Below, piece after piece: positions 58,725-64,000 of a DNA stretch of 64,000 bases (its first letter is position 1; the number at the start of each line of letters is the position of its first letter). The translations under genes and the position numbers were made by a program. Under the pieces are notes generated by a model. That model was given only the letters and a program-made list of their open reading frames with translations. It did no database searches and had not been told where the DNA came from. This stretch comes from Patescibacteria group bacterium (lineage in GTDB: Bacteria > Patescibacteriota > Patescibacteriia > WFTA01 > S139-112): contig WFTB01000027.1 of NCBI GenBank assembly GCA_015485695.1, positions 20,183 to 84,182 on the forward strand. The letters run 5' to 3'.

Positions 58725-59744
58725 ATGTTTTCATCTCTTAACGTTTTTGTGCAGTCGATTTCGATATTGATTTTGTTTTTGGCGCTTGGCAAATTCGCAA
58801 CATGGTTTGCTCAAAACACGCTTCTTAGGTGGACTAAAAAAACAGATACGAATTTGGATGATTTGATAGTGGAGAAAATCAAACCGCCGTTTTCTTATGT
58901 TATTTGGTTTTTGGGAATTCGTCTCGCCATTGCCCCCATAGGTTTGGAAATAGAATGGGTTGACAAGGTTTTAAACACCGTGATTTTGAGCATAGCGTTT
59001 TATTCGGTTGCGGTCGTATCGGACATAATAATTAAGGGCTTGCTCGGCAAAATCACGTCCAAAACATCGACAACTCTCGATGACACATTAATGCCACTCG
59101 TAAACAGAACCATAAATATCGTCATAGTGATACTTGGTATTATGTGGATTTTGGCCATTTGGGACATAGATTTAACTCCTTTGGTCGCAAGTCTGGGTGT
59201 AGCGGGTCTAGCTTTGAGTTTTGCCATGAAGGATTCGTTGGCGAATATTTTCGGCGGAATCTCTCTTATATTGGACCAGACGATTTCGGTGGGGGATAAA
59301 GTCAAGATAGAGAGCGGGGACATAGGGCATATTCACGAAATAGGTCTCAGGTCGACGAAACTTCGTACGGCGGACAATGAAATGATAATAATTCCGAACG
59401 GACAACTTGCGAATTCCAGAATTCAAAATTTTGCCAAGCCTTCATTGGCGCAACGAGTAGTCGTCAACTTCGGTGTTTCGTATGATTCGGAGGTTGACAA
59501 AGTTCGAAAGGTTGTCCGTGACGCGATTTTGAGCATAGATGACATAGATGAAGAACAGAAACCCCCGGAGGTTTTATTTATAGGCATGGGCGAGTCGTCT
59601 TTGGATTTTTCAGCTCGTTTTTGGATTTCAAATTACGCTAATGCCTGGGAGAAAAAACTTGAAGCGACGGATAAAATTTTTGCCACACTTTCTTCGAATA
59701 AAATCGACATACCGTATCCGACAAGAACCATAATAAGAAAGTAA
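58725..59744 (+). CDS. mscS: Small-conductance mechanosensitive channel (MscS family)
   Basis: Three TM helices, then the MscS beta-domain (GDKVKIESGDIGHIHEIGLRSTKLRTADNEMIIIPNGQL). Confidence 0.8.
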   Translation: MFSSLNVFVQSISILILFLALGKFATWFAQNTLLRWTKKTDTNLDDLIVEKIKPPFSYVIWFLGIRLAIAPIGLEIEWVDKVLNTVILSIAFYSVAVVSDIIIKGLLGKITSKTSTTLDDTLMPLVNRTINIVIVILGIMWILAIWDIDLTPLVASLGVAGLALSFAMKDSLANIFGGISLILDQTISVGDKVKIESGDIGHIHEIGLRSTKLRTADNEMIIIPNGQLANSRIQNFAKPSLAQRVVVNFGVSYDSEVDKVRKVVRDAILSIDDIDEEQKPPEVLFIGMGESSLDFSARFWISNYANAWEKKLEATDKIFATLSSNKIDIPYPTRTIIRK

Positions 59745-59864
59745 AATTCAATCCCAAAATTTGCCACACCACGCTGTTTTGGCATTTTTGGGATTTTTTG
59801 AGCGCTTGTTGTTTGGCGCCGGATTTTTATTTGTAATAAGATGGTCTTTCGGTATAATAATCAT

Positions 59865-61202
59865 ATGGAATTAAAATCCGTAAAAGAAATACCAAAACTA
59901 AAAAACAAGCGCGTTCTTTTGCGACTGGACCTTGATGTTTCCGTCGGGAGCGATGGTTTTATAGATGATTGTGAAGACGCGCGAATTAAGTCCGCTTTGC
60001 CTTCGATTGAGTTTCTTATTAAAAAAAACGCCCGAATCACAATCGTTGGACACATGGGGAGACCTGGCGGGCGAGTTAACGGCTCCTTGGTTTTGTTGCC
60101 GGTTGTCAAGCGCATGGCAACGCTATTGGGTGAATCGATGAATTCCAAAACAAGTATAGAAAAAACGAGATTGAATGATTTCGATGCGTATTCACTGATT
60201 ATCGAATCGAGTCGGATGAAAATCGATGTTTTGGAAAATATCCGTTTTTTTCCGGGAGAAACTCGCAATCACGCAAATCTCGCTTCCAAACTGGCGACGT
60301 TGGCGGATGTTTATGTAAACGACGCTTTCGCCGTATCGCACAGAGCGCACGCTTCGATAAACGCAATAACGAAAAAACTCCCTCCCTATGCCGGTATTCA
60401 ACTTATAAAAGAGGTCAAGAATCTTGGCAAAGTTCTAAAACGTCCTCCAAGACCTTTAACGCTTATAATGGGCGGGGTGAAAGCCGAAACAAAACTCAAA
60501 TTGATTGAAAAATTTTTGCCTCGTTCTGATTATGTTTTGCTCGGATCGGCTCTTGCGAATAATTTTTATTCCGAACTCGGTTTTGAAATAGGGAACTCTC
60601 GTTTGAGTTTAGGGGTCGGGTCTATCGTCAAAAGACTGATATCAAATCCGGCGTATACGATATTGGGCGATGTCGGGAAAAATATTCTGATAAATCCCGA
60701 CGAAGTCGCAAATCCAGACATAAAGACCATAAAATCTTTGCGTAAGCGAATAATTTTACCTCCTGACGTTGTATTGGGAGAAATGCACGACAATAAAAGA
60801 CTTGAAAACAATATCAGATTACCGCGTAGAACAGTTCTTGTGCGCGCGGATAATCCTGAAATATCTCCTCATCCTTACTCTATTTTGGATATAGGAAGTG
60901 TTACTGTTTCTTTGTACAAAGAAATCATAAAACACTCTAAGACAATTATATGGAACGGTCCCATGGGCATGTTTGAGAATGAGCAGTACGATTATGGTAC
61001 TTATCAGATAGCAAAATCCGTGGCAGAATCAAAAGGCAGAGCGATAATAGGAGGCGGAGACACCGTCACCGCGGTAGAGAGCGATCGCATTGATTTTTCC
61101 AGGAATACGTTCATATCGACCGGTGGAGGAGCGATGTTGGAATTTTTAATAAATCCAAATTTACCAGGAATATCGCCACTGATTAAAAAAACGACTGCAT
61201 GA
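59865..61202 (+). CDS. pgk: Phosphoglycerate kinase (with an internal insertion)
   Basis: RITIVGHMGRPGG, WNGPMGMFE and IGGGDT PGK motifs. ATG 59865 gives the canonical N-terminus; the track start 59841 adds 8 aa. Confidence 0.85.
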   Translation: MELKSVKEIPKLKNKRVLLRLDLDVSVGSDGFIDDCEDARIKSALPSIEFLIKKNARITIVGHMGRPGGRVNGSLVLLPVVKRMATLLGESMNSKTSIEKTRLNDFDAYSLIIESSRMKIDVLENIRFFPGETRNHANLASKLATLADVYVNDAFAVSHRAHASINAITKKLPPYAGIQLIKEVKNLGKVLKRPPRPLTLIMGGVKAETKLKLIEKFLPRSDYVLLGSALANNFYSELGFEIGNSRLSLGVGSIVKRLISNPAYTILGDVGKNILINPDEVANPDIKTIKSLRKRIILPPDVVLGEMHDNKRLENNIRLPRRTVLVRADNPEISPHPYSILDIGSVTVSLYKEIIKHSKTIIWNGPMGMFENEQYDYGTYQIAKSVAESKGRAIIGGGDTVTAVESDRIDFSRNTFISTGGGAMLEFLINPNLPGISPLIKKTTA

Positions 61203-62368
61203 ATATAGGATTTGATTTAAGGTCTATCATCGGTAAGCCGATATTCGGCTCGGATTCGCCCGCGGGAGTCGCGAAATACGCTTCCAATATATTGCGAAAA
61301 ATGGTATCACTTAATCCGGAGCATGATTTTTTTTGTTTTTTCAATTCGTTTAAACGGCCGAATACATCGTTGATTGATGATGTTTTGTCAAAGAGAAACG
61401 TTCATTTGATAACAACCGGAGTTCCCAACAAGCTGTTCGACCCGATGGCAAAGGTTGTCAATCAACCCAAAATAGACAAGATTATAAAGAAAATAAAAGG
61501 CGATGATATCGATGTTTATTTCTCTCCGCATCTTAACATATCCCCGCTTACCGAAAAAGTTCGACATGTCATGACGGTGCATGACTTGTCCTTCGAACTT
61601 TACCCCGAGTTTTACGGTATGCGAAAATTATATTGGCATTGGGTTCAAAATGTGCGTTCTCAGTGTTTGGATGCGGACGCGATTATCGCGGTGTCGGAAA
61701 ACACAAAATATGATTTAATCGATTTGTACGGCATAGACGAAAATAAAATCCATGTAGTGCATTCCGGAATGCCGATAAGAGCAAAAGAAGACGAAGACGG
61801 CAAAAAAGACATGCTTGAAAAGGTGCGGGTAAAATATGGTATTCCAAGTGATTACTTTTTATACATAGGAACTCTAGAGCCCAGAAAAAACATCGAGAGT
61901 ATAATAGAAGCGTATTCCAACTCTCGCATATCCGAGACATCACTGGTTATAGCGGGAGGCAAAGGATGGAAGTATTGCCAAATATACAAAACCGCAAATA
62001 AATCAAAACGCAAAAACAACATATACTTCACCGGTTATGTAGATGAAATTGACAAATCCGCATTAATCGAAAACGCAAGAGCTTGTATTTATCCGAGCTT
62101 TTATGAAGGTTTCGGATTTCCGCCACTGGAGGCTATTTCCAGAAACACGACCGTCATAACATCGCATGTGTCATCTATACCGGAAATTGTCGGAACGAGA
62201 GCGGTTTACGTGGATCCTTACAATATAAATGACATAACTTGCGCCATGAATACGGTTTTGAGCGAAAAAGAAAATCGGTCAAATTCACCCAATTACAATA
62301 TCGAATATTCCTGGGACGTTGCCGTTGAAAAAACCATTGATATTATAATGGCGCGACATATCTCTTAA
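61199..62368 (+). CDS. Glycosyltransferase family 4
   Basis: EGFGFPPLEAI motif. Start overlaps the pgk stop. Confidence 0.7.
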   Translation: MNIGFDLRSIIGKPIFGSDSPAGVAKYASNILRKMVSLNPEHDFFCFFNSFKRPNTSLIDDVLSKRNVHLITTGVPNKLFDPMAKVVNQPKIDKIIKKIKGDDIDVYFSPHLNISPLTEKVRHVMTVHDLSFELYPEFYGMRKLYWHWVQNVRSQCLDADAIIAVSENTKYDLIDLYGIDENKIHVVHSGMPIRAKEDEDGKKDMLEKVRVKYGIPSDYFLYIGTLEPRKNIESIIEAYSNSRISETSLVIAGGKGWKYCQIYKTANKSKRKNNIYFTGYVDEIDKSALIENARACIYPSFYEGFGFPPLEAISRNTTVITSHVSSIPEIVGTRAVYVDPYNINDITCAMNTVLSEKENRSNSPNYNIEYSWDVAVEKTIDIIMARHIS

Positions 62369-62443
62369 CGGTTCCAATCGATATTTTCATGATATTGGCT
62401 TTGATTATTGATTATTTGCGCTTTTGATTCGAGCAAGAAGCAT

Positions 62444-62477
62444 AACAAAACCGCGTCGTAATGTGCGCGGTTTTGTT
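62444..62477 (+). terminator. Terminator-like hairpin (12-bp stem) downstream of the GT4 gene
   Basis: aacaaaaccgcg-tcgtaatgtg-cgcggttttgtt. The U-tract is weak. Confidence 0.45.
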
Positions 62478-62487
62478 ATATCAACCT

Positions 62488-62540
62488 AAAATCCCATGCC
62501 TCAAAATACGTCGATCGTGTTATTTTGAGGCATGGGATTT
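62488..62540 (-). repeat. REP/MITE-like palindromic element E (most symmetric copy)
   Basis: aaATCCCATGCCTCAAAATAcgtcgatcgtgtTATTTTGAGGCATGGGATtt has 16-bp perfect arms. Confidence 0.75.
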
Positions 62541-62577
62541 AGATGTTGGTACCGGATACTGTAAGTTTGAAATCTTT

Positions 62578-62615
62578 TTCATGCCTCATCTGATTTCAAT
62601 CGTGTGTGGTTGAGG
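62578..62615 (-). repeat. REP/MITE-like element F (degenerate), overlapping the 3' end of the P-loop kinase gene
   Basis: tcATGCCTCAtctgatttcaatcgtgtgtggtTGAGGttg. Confidence 0.45.
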
Positions 62616-63098
62616 TTGTTTTGATTTTTGGCAAAATGAGACTATTGCTTCCGCAGTTTCTTCCGGTGTTTGATTTGTATTGTCAATAATTTTACCAAAA
62701 GCAGGATTTGGGATTCCAATATCATAATGATGTTGTATACGATTGCGTTCCCATTGTGTTAATTTCCTATCTTTAGTATCACTAAGGGTCTTTTTAATGT
62801 CTGGCGATAAAGTAAAAAAATATAGCTCATTATTACAAAGCTCCTTTTTTAGATACTCATAATTTTTTTGAGATAGTGGATATGGCACTGCAACATTATA
62901 TCCACGTTTAGCAAAATTATTGATAATTAGTACAGCATTTTCTAGGTTAATCGGAACTGCTTTGTCTATTTCCAGCCAATGGATAAATTCGTGAAAACTA
63001 TCAATTTCCATATTTGCTGTGTTAGGTATTTTGGTGGCAAGTATTTTGGCTATAGTAGATTTTCCAGCATTTATCGAGCCATTAATAAATATAATCAT
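62586..63098 (-). CDS. P-loop NTPase / small-molecule kinase-like protein (AAA_33/zeta-toxin-like fold)
   Basis: Walker A at the N-terminus (INGSINAGKSTIAKIL). 170 aa. Confidence 0.45.
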   Translation of the reverse strand: MIIFINGSINAGKSTIAKILATKIPNTANMEIDSFHEFIHWLEIDKAVPINLENAVLIINNFAKRGYNVAVPYPLSQKNYEYLKKELCNNELYFFTLSPDIKKTLSDTKDRKLTQWERNRIQHHYDIGIPNPAFGKIIDNTNQTPEETAEAIVSFCQKSKQPQPHTIEIR

Positions 63099-63342
63099 TT
63101 AAAAAGATATTAAATTATTTTACCTAATGCGCAATGCTCGGCAACTATACGAAGTTTATTTCAGACAAGAGTCAAAATATCGACAAAGAACGAACAATCA
63201 ATGGTTTTATACCGAACAGACAAATTCAAAATTACTCATTTTCGTCTAAATTCAGAGAATATGAAAGATATTATTTTGCAAAGTGAAAATTTGTTGAACT
63301 TGGCCTAATCAAAAGACAAGTTTGACGTTTAATTGATGTTTT

Positions 63343-64000
63343 TTATTTCTGTGTCTTCTTCGCGACTTTGTTGCGGTCGCTTTCGTTTAGGATTTGTTTT
63401 CTGAGGCGCACGTGATGGGGAGTTATCTCGAGGTATTCATCGTCGTGCATGATTTCAAGACCGCGTTCGATTGTAAGTTCAAGCGGAGGAGTGAGGTTAA
63501 TCGCGTCATCTGAGCCTGAAGCGCGCATATTGGTAAGTTGTTTTCCCTTTGTGGGGTTTACCGTCATGTCTTGTCCTTTTGAAACATTTCCGATTACCAT
63601 TCCTTCGTACACTTCGGTGTTCGGTCCTATATAAAGTTGACCTCGGTCTTGCAGATTATACAAAGCGAATCCGAGCGCTTTTCCCGTGACCATGGAAACC
63701 ATGGAACCCGTTTCTCGTTTTTTAATCTCTCCAACGTGCGGTCTGAATCCGATTACTTGCGTCGAAAGTATGCCTTCTCCGCGCGTATCTACGACAAACT
63801 CGCCACGATATCCGAGAAGCCCGCGTGTCGGAATTTCAAAGATGATGCGTGTTTGACCGCTGTTTTGTCGCATGTCGGTCATATTGCCTTTGCGTTTTGA
63901 CAGCTTTTCTATAACCGTTCCAGAGAATTCTTCCGGAACATCGACAGTCACTTCTTCGAAAGGTTCGCTCATCACGTTGTCAATTTCTTTTGTGATAACG
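63343..64000 (-). CDS. typA: Translational GTPase TypA/BipA, C-terminal portion (N-terminus beyond the window end)
   Basis: The reading frame stays open to the window edge. The C-terminal region aligns to the BipA domain (EPFEEVTVDVPEE..G.VIEKLSKRKG). Confidence 0.8.
   Translation of the reverse strand, partial: VITKEIDNVMSEPFEEVTVDVPEEFSGTVIEKLSKRKGNMTDMRQNSGQTRIIFEIPTRGLLGYRGEFVVDTRGEGILSTQVIGFRPHVGEIKKRETGSMVSMVTGKALGFALYNLQDRGQLYIGPNTEVYEGMVIGNVSKGQDMTVNPTKGKQLTNMRASGSDDAINLTPPLELTIERGLEIMHDDEYLEITPHHVRLRKQILNESDRNKVAKKTQK

Overview
This looks like a low-GC (about 38-40%), gene-dense bacterial chromosome segment. It uses the standard code: TAA, TAG and TGA all end well-conserved genes. 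Most genes lack Shine-Dalgarno sites and many are small hypotheticals, which fits a streamlined Patescibacteria/CPR-like organism, but lineage cannot be proven from sequence alone.

Core content, in order:
- secE-nusG-rplK-rplA.
- scpA-scpB, a D-Ala-D-Ala carboxypeptidase, a pilin, tpiA, and tRNA-Thr(TGT)-tRNA-Thr(GGT)-rpmG-tRNA-Trp(CCA).
- ileS, recO and pilM-pilN-pilO.
- A cysteine desulfurase, rpmA, rplI and a CtpA-type protease.
- A complete heat-shock operon with promoter and CIRCE: hrcA-grpE-hsp20-dnaK-dnaJ.
- nth, two M23 peptidases, and a metal-efflux cluster (DUF411, Cys-rich proteins, P1B-ATPase, DsbA-like).
- A Kef-type antiporter, rarA, an RNA m5U methyltransferase, an FKBP, mscS, pgk and a partial typA/bipA.

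Accessory or unusual content:
- A conserved 27-31-nt motif, core ATCTnnAATTCGCGCGAATAGGCGAAT, containing the 12-bp perfect palindrome ATTCGCGCGAAT. It occurs four times, each 11-25 nt upstream of a start codon: an ArsR-type HTH gene, a DUF4258-like (RelE/ParE-fold, toxin-like) gene, and two tandem CYTH-domain genes, the second a pseudogene. This suggests a small autoregulated regulon or cassette system.
- A family of about 45-bp REP/MITE-like palindromic elements, consensus CCCATGCCTCA-N-CGATCG-N-TGAGGCATGGG, present as direct-oriented pairs at three intergenic loci.
- Two pseudogenes (GrpB, CYTH).
- A candidate small RNA flanked by 9-C and 8-G homopolymer runs.
- A 24-bp perfect palindrome next to the hrcA promoter.
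- A P1B-ATPase with DKTKT in place of the invariant DKTGT.
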